From the NCBI GenBank assembly GCA_012520015.1, contig JAAYPD010000396.1, positions 1 to 56,337 on the forward strand: a DNA stretch of 56,337 nucleotides. The letters are read 5' to 3'. The position numbers and the translations under genes were made by a program. The notes under the pieces are model-generated. The model searched no databases. It was not told the origin of the DNA and saw nothing but the letters and a program-made list of their open reading frames with translations. The stretch is from Methanomicrobiales archaeon (GTDB taxonomy: Archaea; Halobacteriota; Methanomicrobia; Methanomicrobiales; Methanospirillaceae). Of this stretch, positions 1 to 10,316 are shown piece by piece. Each line of letters starts with the position of its first letter. Position 1 is the first letter of the stretch.

Positions 1-267
1 ATCACAAGAGAACGCAGAGTATCTTTCTACAAGATCACATGCAAGGATGAAGGCATGTTCAGGATCCCCAAGTATGCATAAAGAGATAGCAGCATTCCCG
101 CGTGTTTTATATGGAATCGTGGGGTTGAGCCTTACCAGCCTGGCTGATAATACCTTCATTCCAGCTTTTTCAAGCAGATCTGCAAGCAGAGCGCCAAGCC
201 ATGTGGTGCACATCATGTCAGGTGCATCTGTATCGTCAAGGCCAACAAAAAACCGGGTTTTCTTCAT
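1..267 (-). CDS. tiaS: tRNA(Ile2) agmatinylcytidine synthetase, 5' part (runs off window)
   Basis: Manual translation of minus strand from ATG at 267: MKKTRFFVGLDDTDAPDMMCTTWLG...RLVRLNPTIPYKTRGNAAISL; GxDDTD...CTT and LVRLNP..P.KTRGN are TiaS motifs; not in ORF track because it is open at the window edge. Confidence 0.88.
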   Translation of the reverse strand, partial: MKKTRFFVGLDDTDAPDMMCTTWLGALLADLLEKAGMKVLSARLVRLNPTIPYKTRGNAAISLCILGDPEHAFILACDLVERYSAFSCD

Positions 268-385
268 GTCAGGTTTTCATCCATTTACTTACTGAAAATC
301 AGATATCATCCTGATTATTCTCAATTCTCGCCCTGCGCACCACATCACTTATGTAGATGAATTATACAAGTACCTCTTACGATAC

Positions 386-1306
386 ATGTCCCAGGATCGT
401 CTGCTCCGCAATGTCATCAGTGTGATGATTATGGCAGGATACGAGGTATCCGAACTTTTTGCAATGCGGCCTAAAAGTTTTGATATCATCGCCGGAAATG
501 ATGAACAGATCATTGTTTTGAAGGTCATTTCACATATAGACAGCATTAGCGAAGAGAATGCACGGGATCTTGACAGGATTGCACGCAACCTTTCCGGGAC
601 ACCGTTGATCGTGGGTGAAAGGGCCCGCGATGCAGAACTTGAACGAGGCGCGGTTTATGTAAGGTATGGAATATTTGCAATAAATTACCCTACCCTGCAT
701 GACTATTTTGTTGAAGATGCACCGCCACTGATTTACGCTTCACCCGGAGGTCTTTATGTGAATATCAGTGGCAAGAGGCTTCGCGAACTGCGTGAGAGTT
801 CAAATCTTTCACTTGGAGACCTGGGTCAGATTCTTGGTGTGTCAAGAAGGACTGTGGCAAAGTACGAAGCAGGGATGGGAACCACGATAGAGATAGCCCT
901 TCGGATCGAGGAAGCATTTGATTCAGGGGTTGTTGAACCGATCGACCTTGTCCAGTCCAAATCTGATCTTAGCACCGATGAGATGGAGAATATTCCTGTT
1001 GAAATACCGATTCAGGCCGCCATAGAAGAGATGGGGATGCATGTTCAGCCCATGCATCGTGCACCATTCCAGGCTCTTGTCAGGTATGATTCACACACGA
1101 TCCTGACAGGTTATGGCTCAGCACAAAAAGTGACAAGACGTGCCGGGATCATTGGTAACATCTCTCAGGTGACGCGGACACATGCCATGTGCGTTATGAC
1201 AGATGATCACAGGCAGCGCAGGATTGGCCGCACCCTCATGATTGGCGAGGATTCTCTTCTGTCACTTGATGAGCCAGATGACCTCATCGACCTGATCCTA
1301 AACTGA
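386..1306 (+). CDS. Archaeal HTH (Cro/C1-type) transcriptional regulator, COG1395-like
   Basis: LRELRE..LSLGDLGQILGVSRRTVAKYE HTH; YASPGGLYVNI motif; typical tiaS neighbour. Confidence 0.85.
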   Translation: MSQDRLLRNVISVMIMAGYEVSELFAMRPKSFDIIAGNDEQIIVLKVISHIDSISEENARDLDRIARNLSGTPLIVGERARDAELERGAVYVRYGIFAINYPTLHDYFVEDAPPLIYASPGGLYVNISGKRLRELRESSNLSLGDLGQILGVSRRTVAKYEAGMGTTIEIALRIEEAFDSGVVEPIDLVQSKSDLSTDEMENIPVEIPIQAAIEEMGMHVQPMHRAPFQALVRYDSHTILTGYGSAQKVTRRAGIIGNISQVTRTHAMCVMTDDHRQRRIGRTLMIGEDSLLSLDEPDDLIDLILN

Positions 1307-1310
1307 TATT

Positions 1311-1318
1311 TTTATATA
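1311..1318 (+). promoter_or_regulatory. TATA box of thermosome gene
   Basis: TTTATATA about 42 nt upstream of ATG 1360; GGTGA SD at about 1349. Confidence 0.55.
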
Positions 1319-1359
1319 GAACCACTAAACAACCTTATCCTACAACGTGGTGATATTTT

Positions 1360-3021
1360 ATGGCTACACAACTTGGAGGACAGCCAATTCTTATCCTTAA
1401 AGAAGGAAGCTCCCGTACCCGCGGGCGCGATGCACAGGGCATGAACATCGCCGCAGCAAAGGCCGTTGCTAATGCAGTCCGGACAACACTTGGACCAAAA
1501 GGCATGGACAAGATGCTGGTGGACACTATTGGTGATGTTGTAATTACCAATGATGGTGTGACCATTCTCAAGGAGATGGACATCGAACACCCGGCTGCAA
1601 AGATGATGGTGGAAGTTGCAAAGACCCAGGACGACGAGGTCGGCGACGGAACCACAACTGCAGTAGTTATCGCAGGAGAACTCCTGAAGCGCTCAGAAGA
1701 ACTTCTCGAACAGGATGTTCACCCGACAGTCATCACCCATGGATACCGGATGGCTGCAGAGAAGGCACAGGAACTCCTTAAAAACATTGCAATCGATGTT
1801 AAACCAAGAGATACCAAGATTCTTCGGAAAATAGCCGAGACCGCAATGACAGGAAAGGGTGCAGAGGCAGCAAAAGAGAAACTCTGCGATCTTGTGGTCC
1901 AGGCAGTCACCATGGTTGCCGAGAGTGATGGGACGGTTGACACTGAAAATATCAAGATTGAAAAGAAAGTCGGTGGTTCAATCGAAGATTCAGAGATCAT
2001 AATCGGGATGGTAATCGACAAGGAACGTGTCCACCCGGGTATGCCAGACAAGGTAACCAAGGCGAAAATAATGCTCCTCAACGCAGCAGTCGAGTTTAAA
2101 AAGACTGAGGTTGATGCCGAGATCAATATTACCAGCCCTGACCAGCTCCAGGCATTCCTCGACGAAGAAGAGAGGATGATTAAGTCCATCACTGACAAGA
2201 TCGTCAAGAGTGGCGCAAAGGTTCTCTTCTGCCAGAAGGGTATTGATGACATAGCCCAGCACTACCTTGCAAAGGCAGGCATTCTTGCAGTCCGTCGTGT
2301 CAAGAAGTCTGACATGGAGAAACTGAACCGTGCAACAGGTGCATCCATCATCTCCAGCATTGATGCAATCCAGGGGTCTGAACTTGGATATGCAGGCATC
2401 GTTGAAGAACGCAAGATATCAGGCGAAGAGATGATCTTTGTTGAAGAGTGCAAGAACCCGAAGGCAGTCTCTATCATCGTCCGTGGTGGAACTGAACATG
2501 TCGTCGCCGAACTTGACCGGGCCTTTGAAGATGCAATCCGTGTCGTCGGTGTTGTCCTTGAAGACAAGAAATGTGTTGCCGGTGGTGGCGCCCCGGAGAC
2601 TGAGCTCTCACTTCGTCTTCGCGAGTATGCAGCAAGCGTAGGCGGACGTGCACAGCTTGCCATCGAAGCCTTTGCAACTGCTCTTGAAATTATCCCCAGG
2701 ACCCTTGCAGAGAATGCCGGACTTGATCCGATCGACATGCTTGTTGAACTTCGCGCAGCACATGAAAAAGGTCAGAAGACTGTCGGCCTGAACGTTATGG
2801 AAGCAAAGCCTGCTGACATGCACAAGGAAGGAGTTGTTGAACCACTCCGTGTAAAGACCCAGGCTATTGCAAGCGCAGCAGAAGCAGCCGTTATGATCCT
2901 GCGGATTGATGATATAATCGCTTCAGCAAGATCAGCAGCCCCTGACATGCCACCAGGAGGAATGGGAGGCATGGGCGGCGGTATGGGTGGAATGGGCGGT
3001 ATGGGCGATATGGGTATGTAA
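1360..3021 (+). CDS. thsA: Thermosome (group II chaperonin) subunit
   Basis: [28 protein letters not shown] motifs; GGM-rich tail. Confidence 0.97.
   Translation: MATQLGGQPILILKEGSSRTRGRDAQGMNIAAAKAVANAVRTTLGPKGMDKMLVDTIGDVVITNDGVTILKEMDIEHPAAKMMVEVAKTQDDEVGDGTTTAVVIAGELLKRSEELLEQDVHPTVITHGYRMAAEKAQELLKNIAIDVKPRDTKILRKIAETAMTGKGAEAAKEKLCDLVVQAVTMVAESDGTVDTENIKIEKKVGGSIEDSEIIIGMVIDKERVHPGMPDKVTKAKIMLLNAAVEFKKTEVDAEINITSPDQLQAFLDEEERMIKSITDKIVKSGAKVLFCQKGIDDIAQHYLAKAGILAVRRVKKSDMEKLNRATGASIISSIDAIQGSELGYAGIVEERKISGEEMIFVEECKNPKAVSIIVRGGTEHVVAELDRAFEDAIRVVGVVLEDKKCVAGGGAPETELSLRLREYAASVGGRAQLAIEAFATALEIIPRTLAENAGLDPIDMLVELRAAHEKGQKTVGLNVMEAKPADMHKEGVVEPLRVKTQAIASAAEAAVMILRIDDIIASARSAAPDMPPGGMGGMGGGMGGMGGMGDMGM
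2956..3018 (+). repeat. GGM-coding low-complexity repeat at chaperonin C-terminus
   Basis: [21 protein letters not shown]. Confidence 0.9.
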
Positions 3022-3047
3022 ATACCCCTGTTCCAGGCACCCTTTAA

Positions 3048-3069
3048 CCAAAAAAACTATTTTTTTTGG
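3048..3069. terminator. Bidirectional A/T-tract terminator between convergent thermosome and cheW
   Basis: CCAAAAAAA-CTAT-TTTTTTTGG inverted repeat, giving a U-tract on both strands. Confidence 0.6.
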
Positions 3070-3074
3070 GATGA

Positions 3075-3566
3075 CTATGTCTCCGTCGTCCCGGTCAGTA
3101 TCTTTTTCACGTCTACCCAGATGATAAGCCTCTTTTCTGCCTCATGACCCTCTGAAGAGATCTCTGTCTTGAGGAGATCGTCTTCTCCAAGTTTTATGAT
3201 ACCCTGAACATAATCAGACAGGTTTTCATCAACACCTTTGATATTCGTATCAACAGAGCTCTCATCGATTGTAAGAACGCTTCGGACCTCATCCACGATT
3301 ACACCTACACTGGTGTTTTCAAACATGTCAGGAACAAGCACCATTATCTTCTGCTCATCCCGTTCCTTTGACGGGGTGATACCAAGCAGGTGATGCAGAT
3401 CGATGATTGTGGTTATCTCTCCCCGCAGATTTAGAAGGCCAGTGACATGGGACGGGGCCCTGGGTATTGGTGTAATCGGAAGCATCTCCACGATTTCGCG
3501 TGCAATACCAATATCCATGGCATATGATTCTCCACCCAGGTCAAATTCCAGAATTTCGACAACCAT
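3075..3566 (-). CDS. cheW: Chemotaxis coupling protein CheW
   Basis: F.LGGESYA.DI...REI, ITPIPRAPSHVTGLLNLRGEI, VGVIVDEV. Confidence 0.93.
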   Translation of the reverse strand: MVVEILEFDLGGESYAMDIGIAREIVEMLPITPIPRAPSHVTGLLNLRGEITTIIDLHHLLGITPSKERDEQKIMVLVPDMFENTSVGVIVDEVRSVLTIDESSVDTNIKGVDENLSDYVQGIIKLGEDDLLKTEISSEGHEAEKRLIIWVDVKKILTGTTET

Positions 3567-4152
3567 ACCTGAAGATTGATCTAATCTTCATATGTTTGAA
3601 CTTTTGGGAATAAAATTGATAAAGAGTGCTGGTGGATGTTAATCAGGGATTGTGTAAGTGCAGGAGAATAACACCTGCTTTGTGTGTGCTGCTAAAACCC
3701 CCCGGATATCTCATGCCTGATATGTTAACACAAATTCCCTGACAACAATCAGGTATTTTTTGACCTATATATATAACTTCTTTAATATTTTCAAAAAAAT
3801 ATCGCCACGAGAACTTGTTAATCCTATCCAGGTGAGAATCAACAAAAACAGGAAAATTCAAAATATTTTCGTTATAATTCCATTTTATTAAATAATTATA
3901 AAGATTATTAAGATCATCAATATTTTAAAGATATATTTTGTGAAATATAAAAAATAAAACCATATATAAACCCGGATTAAATTTTTCTGGATTTTACAAT
4001 ACGCGCACATATACCAGACAGATAAGATACAAGTCTATACTCTTACGGCATATTACCCGTCATGTCAAAAACTCAAGAAGCAACACTTTTCAACTATACA
4101 AAGAAAAGAATACTTATCAGAGTACACTCATGATTCACAAAAGAGGATAAAA

Positions 4153-6450
4153 ATGGCTGGAAACCCAATTAAAGTGCTATTTATCGAAGACAATGAAGAT
4201 CATGCCTTTCTTATTATTCACGAACTGAAGAAAGGCGGGTATGATCCAACCCTTAAGAGAGTTGACACGATGGAAGATGTCCGCGCTTCCCTGGACTCCG
4301 AAGGATGGGATGTTCTTTTATGTGATTACAGCCTTCCAGGATTTAATGGAGTAAATGTCATCGAGGAATATCGTAAGAGGAACCTCGACTATCCTTTTAT
4401 TATCGTTTCAGGAGAGATCGGGGAAGATACTGCCGTTACCCTGATGAAACTTGGAGCCCACGATTATATTTTTAAAGGCAACCTCTCACCTCTTGTTCCT
4501 GTCATCAAACGTGAGATCAGGGAGTCTGAGAACCGTCAGAAACGGCGGGAGATTGAAGAGCTGCAACGTGCTGAGGCGATAAAGTTCAGGGCGATGGTCG
4601 ACTCCTCTTATGATGCCATTACCCTTTTTGATGATGATATCCTCATTGAATGCAATGCTACAACCCCAAAGATCTTCAGGGTTCCAGAGTCAGATTCTAT
4701 GGTAGGCAAATCTATCTACTCGTTCGCACCTGAAAACCAGGCAGATGGGACGCCCTCAAAAATTTTTTTGAAAAAAGCTGTTGCAACAACTAAACAGGGC
4801 ATACCCCAGAGCCTGGAGTGCATCCTTAACAGGTATGATGGCACTCCATTTGACGTGGAACTTACACTTACCCTCCTTACACTTCCTGAAGGACCAAGAG
4901 TGCAGGCAACATTCAGGGACATCAGTGAGCGTAAAAAGGCAGAGCGGGAGATGCATACCCAGATGGAGACCATAAGAGAACTTCAGCAGCAGGAGATGAC
5001 GATGATAAATCAAAACCCGCTGCCTCTCCTGTTAATGGATTTAAAATTAAAAATCCTGAAAGTGAATGCATCCTTCCTTGAAATGAGCGGATACACCGAA
5101 CAACAGCTTCTCCAGATGAATGCTTCTGATTTTAAAGTGCTTGAAAAGAGCGGACATGGCCTTCGTGATGCACTTAAAACAAAAAAAGCCGTTACCGGGA
5201 ATATCGTAGTAGATTTTCCCACGGGAATTCATCATATCGAGCAGGACATTATTCCGCTCCTTGACAAGGACCAGGAAGTTGTCAGCGTGATGTCTACATA
5301 CAAGGATAAGACAAATGAGATAAAAAAAGAGCAGGAGATACAGCGGATGATAAAGGAGGCGAAAGATCATGCTTACCTCCTTGACATTGCTGCAAAAGAT
5401 ATCGGTGAAGCCTTTGCCCTTGTCTCCAACGGAGATATGACTACTGAAATATTAAAAAGAGAGAATGATCCTCTCGTGGCAGTAAAAGAGAATGCAAATA
5501 AAACCATTGCAGCTCTGAGAAAAGCCCTCCAGGAGGTTAGCAGGGTCTCATCAAGTGTTTCTGAAAACATGGAAGAGATAAGCAAGGGATCATCTGATAT
5601 TGCCATAGCTACCCAGGCATTTGCCAGGAATACCATGCAGTCATCTGATATCGGGAAAAATCTCATATCACACATGGAAGACATAACAAACCAGATCTCA
5701 AACCTTTCAGCCTCAAATGAAGAGATTACAAGCACAAGCCAGGAGATTCTTCGTCATGCAAGAGATGTGACAACAAAAGGAAATGATGCACAAGCTCTTG
5801 GGAATGAAGCGAATAATAAGATGGAGCTTGTGATTAAGATAGCGCAGGAGAGTGTTGAGGATATTGATGAGCTGAACCAGCAGATAAGGGAGATAAATAA
5901 GATCGTTAAGATGATCAACGACATCGCCGGGCAGATTAACCTGCTTGCCTTAAATGCTGCGATTGAAGCTGCCAGGGCCGGTGATGCAGGAAGGGGCTTT
6001 GCAGTGGTTGCAGGTGAAGTCAAGAACCTTGCCGCGGACGCAAGGAATGCAACAGACCATATTGGAGATGTCATTAATGCCATTCAGCGAAGCAGTGAGA
6101 AGACATCGGCAGCAATCCGATCTTCCCACACGGAGATCGCTTCTGGCGTCGAGAGCGTTAATAAAACCATCGAATCATTAAACAGCATGGTCATCGGTGC
6201 TTCTGAAGTTACAAGGGATATGGGTGAGATTGTTAGGGCAATTGAAGATCAGGCAGATATTGCCACCGCGGTTGTCAATACAGCCCAGGAAGGAATTAGC
6301 CTTACAAGAGATAATCTCACCCAGATTGAGGAACTCTCTGCACTATCCGAATCGGTAAGCGCCTCTGTACAGGAGATTAACAGTGCGATCCTCGAGGTTG
6401 AAGGGCTGTCAGGTGAACTGCGATCCCAGATAAAACTCTTTAAAATTTAA
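4153..6450 (+). CDS. Soluble methyl-accepting chemotaxis protein with N-terminal receiver and two PAS domains
   Basis: REC (VLFIEDNED..DVLLCDYSLPGFNG..GAHDYIFK), PAS-like segments (..FRDISERK; ..LKVNASFLEMSGY), MCP hairpin NLLALNAAIEAARAG..GRGFAVVA.EV; no TM segment. Confidence 0.92.
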   Translation: MAGNPIKVLFIEDNEDHAFLIIHELKKGGYDPTLKRVDTMEDVRASLDSEGWDVLLCDYSLPGFNGVNVIEEYRKRNLDYPFIIVSGEIGEDTAVTLMKLGAHDYIFKGNLSPLVPVIKREIRESENRQKRREIEELQRAEAIKFRAMVDSSYDAITLFDDDILIECNATTPKIFRVPESDSMVGKSIYSFAPENQADGTPSKIFLKKAVATTKQGIPQSLECILNRYDGTPFDVELTLTLLTLPEGPRVQATFRDISERKKAEREMHTQMETIRELQQQEMTMINQNPLPLLLMDLKLKILKVNASFLEMSGYTEQQLLQMNASDFKVLEKSGHGLRDALKTKKAVTGNIVVDFPTGIHHIEQDIIPLLDKDQEVVSVMSTYKDKTNEIKKEQEIQRMIKEAKDHAYLLDIAAKDIGEAFALVSNGDMTTEILKRENDPLVAVKENANKTIAALRKALQEVSRVSSSVSENMEEISKGSSDIAIATQAFARNTMQSSDIGKNLISHMEDITNQISNLSASNEEITSTSQEILRHARDVTTKGNDAQALGNEANNKMELVIKIAQESVEDIDELNQQIREINKIVKMINDIAGQINLLALNAAIEAARAGDAGRGFAVVAGEVKNLAADARNATDHIGDVINAIQRSSEKTSAAIRSSHTEIASGVESVNKTIESLNSMVIGASEVTRDMGEIVRAIEDQADIATAVVNTAQEGISLTRDNLTQIEELSALSESVSASVQEINSAILEVEGLSGELRSQIKLFKI

Positions 6451-7401
6451 TTAAAAAAAGTTCTGGGTGGCATAATAATATTTTCCGTCAAATGCCACCC
6501 CAATCCCGATTTTTTCGTGAACAGGAAGGAGAAGTGCCTCTTTATGTGGCGGGCTGTCCATGAATGACTCAATTGCCACCTGTGCAATCTCGTATGGATC
6601 GTCATTTTTTATCTCCCCAAACCCGTAAACATATTTTTCAACCGGGATCTTCACGATATTCTCTCCTATTCCATAAAACCCTGAGCCACCCGGAAGGATT
6701 CGTGACTGGTTAAATTTATGCCTGGCTGCACGATCTACCGGGTCCTCTCCGTCCGGGTTTGTATGATCAAAAAAGTCCCGTTTTGCCATGTCCCTGCTAT
6801 GTTCAAGGGCGATCAGATCAAGGGCAGAATCACGGGTGAGAGGCGGCAGATTACGAAGTGCACGTTCATCATTTGAGAAGTCCAGGATGATATCTTCAAT
6901 TTTTTCTGAGAACCATTCCTGCGGCCGGCTATATGTCTTCTCAATGATGACAGTCCCATGTGATATTATGTCATTCTCCGGGTTTGGGTCGGGAGTCAGG
7001 GAAAAACCCTGACCTAATACTGCACCTGCATAATATGTCCCTGGTGGAATGATATCAGGCACTGTTCCAAGAAATTCGCGGTGGGCATTCTCACCAGGTC
7101 TTAAAAAGGAGAACTGCACCTCCCCTATCTTGTAATCTGCCTGACTGATATCCTCATCGACTGAGAGATAAAATGCAACTCTCCTGCTCATCGAGATCAT
7201 GCTGCCATAGTTGACTGCGGTGACACTTCCGAAGATGGGACCTCCAGGAGCCGAGGAGGGCTGAACATCAAGTGCAAGAAGTCCGATGTCAGCTGCCCTG
7301 TCTTCTGCAGCAGCAAAACACGGGACGGTAAATAACAGGGCACAGATTAAAGAAAAACGAAGTAACTGAATGAGATCACCTGAATGAAAAAATTTAAACA
7401 C
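6451..7401 (-). CDS. Secreted CAP/SCP-domain protein with N-terminal Ig/CARDB-like domain
   Basis: Signal peptide; N.ER...L.PL..D..L...A..HSRDMA...FFDH, GENI, SP.H, IGIGV..YATQNF. Confidence 0.85.
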   Translation of the reverse strand: MFKFFHSGDLIQLLRFSLICALLFTVPCFAAAEDRAADIGLLALDVQPSSAPGGPIFGSVTAVNYGSMISMSRRVAFYLSVDEDISQADYKIGEVQFSFLRPGENAHREFLGTVPDIIPPGTYYAGAVLGQGFSLTPDPNPENDIISHGTVIIEKTYSRPQEWFSEKIEDIILDFSNDERALRNLPPLTRDSALDLIALEHSRDMAKRDFFDHTNPDGEDPVDRAARHKFNQSRILPGGSGFYGIGENIVKIPVEKYVYGFGEIKNDDPYEIAQVAIESFMDSPPHKEALLLPVHEKIGIGVAFDGKYYYATQNFF

Positions 7402-7416
7402 TATTAATCTTCGGTT

Positions 7417-7908
7417 TTAAAATAATAGTGCTTTTGCATTTTTATGCCGAAACCACTTCATCATCACGATGGCATCCTCTGTATCTGAATAATATCCGCA
7501 TACCTGAAAAACCGGTTCATATCCCATCTTTTTATAAAACCGGATGGCAGGAAGGTTTGATATGCGGACCTCCAGCTGCATGGCTGATGCCTGTTCTAAC
7601 ATGACCGCATGCTCGGCCCTTCTCATCAGAGTTGTACCAACCCCACGTTTTCTCATGTCAGGTCTTACCGCAAGGCTACAGATATGCCCAAATATCTCCT
7701 CACTGGTATCTTCCACTCCACAGATGATATATCCGCAAATTTTCCCCGAAGACTCGGCAATAAATGCAGTGTCTGAAAAAGATGCAACTGCGTCTTCCAT
7801 CGTTATTCTTGTCCATGGATCTGAAAACGAGCTATGTTCAATCTCCTGAACTGCCGGAATATCTGCCATGGTGAGGTTCCTGATCCGGAGACTTTTTTCC
7901 TGCATCAT
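7417..7908 (-). CDS. rimI: RimI/Ard1-like N-terminal acetyltransferase (GNAT)
   Basis: GHI.SLAV.PDMRKRGVG, LEVRISN..AI.FY...GY, YYSD.EDA. Confidence 0.85.
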   Translation of the reverse strand: MMQEKSLRIRNLTMADIPAVQEIEHSSFSDPWTRITMEDAVASFSDTAFIAESSGKICGYIICGVEDTSEEIFGHICSLAVRPDMRKRGVGTTLMRRAEHAVMLEQASAMQLEVRISNLPAIRFYKKMGYEPVFQVCGYYSDTEDAIVMMKWFRHKNAKALLF

Positions 7909-7977
7909 GGTCTGTAATTATCTGTCAGTGATATCATATAGAAATAAACGAATACAGGTAAGAATATCCGGTGTCTT

Positions 7978-9237
7978 ATGGTTCATATATATCCATTTAA
8001 AGCAGTGCGGCCTGCCAGTGGAAAGGCAGAAGAGATTGCAACCGTCCCATATGATGTAGTAAGCGCAAGAGAGGCACGCGAGATCATCGGGAAGAAACCA
8101 CTAAGTTTTCTGAGGATAAGCAGATCTGATGCACTGGTTCCAGACAAAGATCCTTATTCCACAGAGGTATATGAGCTTTCCAGGAAAATTTTTGACGAAT
8201 ACTGCAGGGAAGGACTATTTATCCAGGATGATACTGCTACTATGTATATATACCGGATCCATGATAGTGACAGGACATATACCGGTATAGCCTGCTGCGT
8301 TGATACAAGAGAGTACGAAAGCGGTGAAATCCGAAGGCATGAACTGACCAGGTATGACAAGGAGGAGGACCGGACCAGGCATATTGATACGATGAACGCA
8401 AATACCGGTCCTGTCGTTCTCCTTCATGGAACTCATGCAGAGATAAAGGCCATACTGGCAAGATCGACAGAATCACGCGAGCCGGAGATGGTTGTGCATG
8501 CGGAAAACGGCAGCATCCACGAAATATTTCCAATAACTGATGAAGCCGACCTTGCAAGGCTGCTTGAGATCTTTGTTTCCATTCCTGCGCTCTACATTGC
8601 AGATGGGCATCACCGGTGCAAATCAGCAGTCAATGTGGTGGAGAAAAGATCAAGGGATGGTGATAAAGTTCCGGAAGAGACACATCATTTTCTTTCAGTC
8701 ATCTTTGCCGAAGATGAAGTGAAGGTTCATGGATATAGCAGGCTGCTAACTGATCTCTCACCCCTGGACCCGGATGTATTTCTAAAAAAGGTCTCAGACA
8801 TTGCACATGTTGCTCCATACAATGACGGTGACCGGACACAGTTTACCCTGACTCCGAAATTAGGCGGTAAAGGTGACCACATATTCCACCTGTACATCAA
8901 GGGAAAATGGTACGAATGTGTCATCCCCCGCAATCCGAAAAATAATGACATAAAGGCACTTGACGTGAGTGTACTCCAGGAACAGATACTCATCCCCTTC
9001 CTTGGTATAAAGGATCCAAGGGGAGATCCAAGGCTTCAGTACCTTGGTGGTGCACGTCCTGTCCGTGACCTTATGACAAAGGTGGACAGTGGGGAATATG
9101 CCGCTGCTATTGCTATGCAGCCGGTCGATGTCAGGACTGTCTTTTCAATAGCTGATACAGGCGGGATAATGCCACCAAAGTCCACCTGGTTTGAACCTAA
9201 GCTCTTAAGCGGGCTGCTTGTCCATTTACTTGAATAA
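7978..9237 (+). CDS. DUF1015 family protein (ParB/Srx-like fold)
   Basis: PYDV, HELT, YIADGHHR, MPPKSTWFEPKL.SGL. Confidence 0.9.
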   Translation: MVHIYPFKAVRPASGKAEEIATVPYDVVSAREAREIIGKKPLSFLRISRSDALVPDKDPYSTEVYELSRKIFDEYCREGLFIQDDTATMYIYRIHDSDRTYTGIACCVDTREYESGEIRRHELTRYDKEEDRTRHIDTMNANTGPVVLLHGTHAEIKAILARSTESREPEMVVHAENGSIHEIFPITDEADLARLLEIFVSIPALYIADGHHRCKSAVNVVEKRSRDGDKVPEETHHFLSVIFAEDEVKVHGYSRLLTDLSPLDPDVFLKKVSDIAHVAPYNDGDRTQFTLTPKLGGKGDHIFHLYIKGKWYECVIPRNPKNNDIKALDVSVLQEQILIPFLGIKDPRGDPRLQYLGGARPVRDLMTKVDSGEYAAAIAMQPVDVRTVFSIADTGGIMPPKSTWFEPKLLSGLLVHLLE

Positions 9238-9255
9238 AAATAAAATAATTTTTTC

Positions 9256-10218
9256 TTATAATTCCGCTGCCCTTATGGTATAGGCCGTCGGGGGAACAGG
9301 AATCGTGACATTCAGGTCATCCGGGGCCGTTACATCGGTTGCAGAAGCAATATACCCGTCATATTCTGAGGGCCTGATCCCGGCAATTATCATATCTTCC
9401 CCGGTATATGACCTTGCTGCCAGGTGATAGTTACCACTGCCACGCTTGCCATATATCTTCACATAGTAGAGTGACTGCTCTTCAGGGTGAGATATCCCGA
9501 TATATGCATTGCTTCCAAGGTTAATGTCGGCAGCGATGGCAATGCACGGGCTGTATTTCGGGTTACATGCCTTATAAACGTACATGTCAAGATCAGGGCC
9601 GCAGTTCCTGGTTGTAAACATATCCACGTCAGATTTTGTCTGCATCAGTGGAGCACTGTCGTCACAGGGGCCGGAGAGTACCCATTCCACGAATGAGCGG
9701 TTACCGGTCAGCCGGTATGCAAATGTCTTTGACTCACCCGCGTTTAAAAAACCGGTCTGAAGATTATCCCTGTAAACTACAGGAGGGGCACAATCTGCCA
9801 TATTGTAACACGGGCCCCCATAACAGGTGGTGGTGATCGGACATTCATTGTCTACTGTAAGTGAATACTCAGTAAAGCCCTGCATTGATTCAACAATGAC
9901 AAACCATTCACCTGATTCAAGATGTAACTTCTGTGTTGATGCAGGGGACAGGGTGCTGACATCCGCATACCTTGTCACGTGGATACTGGAAGGTATCGAA
10001 GTTCCAGATGCTTTTTTTGCATACATGGACAATTTACTGCCTTGATCTCCGGATAAAACAAGGGTAGCGGTGCAGGGTACATTAATCGTATACATCTTAT
10101 TCTGTCCTGCGTACAGGGCATTGCTAAATGATTCTGATGACGCACCATTTGCCAGGCATGGCAGAGAGATTAATGTAAAAACAAAAAGTAAAATGAACCA
10201 ATTTTTCAGGTAATTCAT
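9256..10218 (-). CDS. Secreted protein with two PPC-like beta-sandwich domains (paralog 3)
   Basis: Signal peptide from M at 10218; DLDMYV..C.P..C, YYVKIYGKRGSGNY.L; alignable to the two upstream paralogs. Confidence 0.7.
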   Translation of the reverse strand: MNYLKNWFILLFVFTLISLPCLANGASSESFSNALYAGQNKMYTINVPCTATLVLSGDQGSKLSMYAKKASGTSIPSSIHVTRYADVSTLSPASTQKLHLESGEWFVIVESMQGFTEYSLTVDNECPITTTCYGGPCYNMADCAPPVVYRDNLQTGFLNAGESKTFAYRLTGNRSFVEWVLSGPCDDSAPLMQTKSDVDMFTTRNCGPDLDMYVYKACNPKYSPCIAIAADINLGSNAYIGISHPEEQSLYYVKIYGKRGSGNYHLAARSYTGEDMIIAGIRPSEYDGYIASATDVTAPDDLNVTIPVPPTAYTIRAAEL

Positions 10219-10316
10219 ATGTGACCCATCCAGCTCTTCCTGTGTGATCTTGAGCATGATGGTAATGAATCTTACCAATTACAATTCTGAAAAAAGGAGA
10301 GTTGTTCGTTTGTTGT

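Noticed and set aside
3567-4152. ORF 3643-3861 or ncRNA in the AT-rich cheW/MCP gap
   Set aside because: No recognisable motifs or stable structure; best explained as a divergent promoter region
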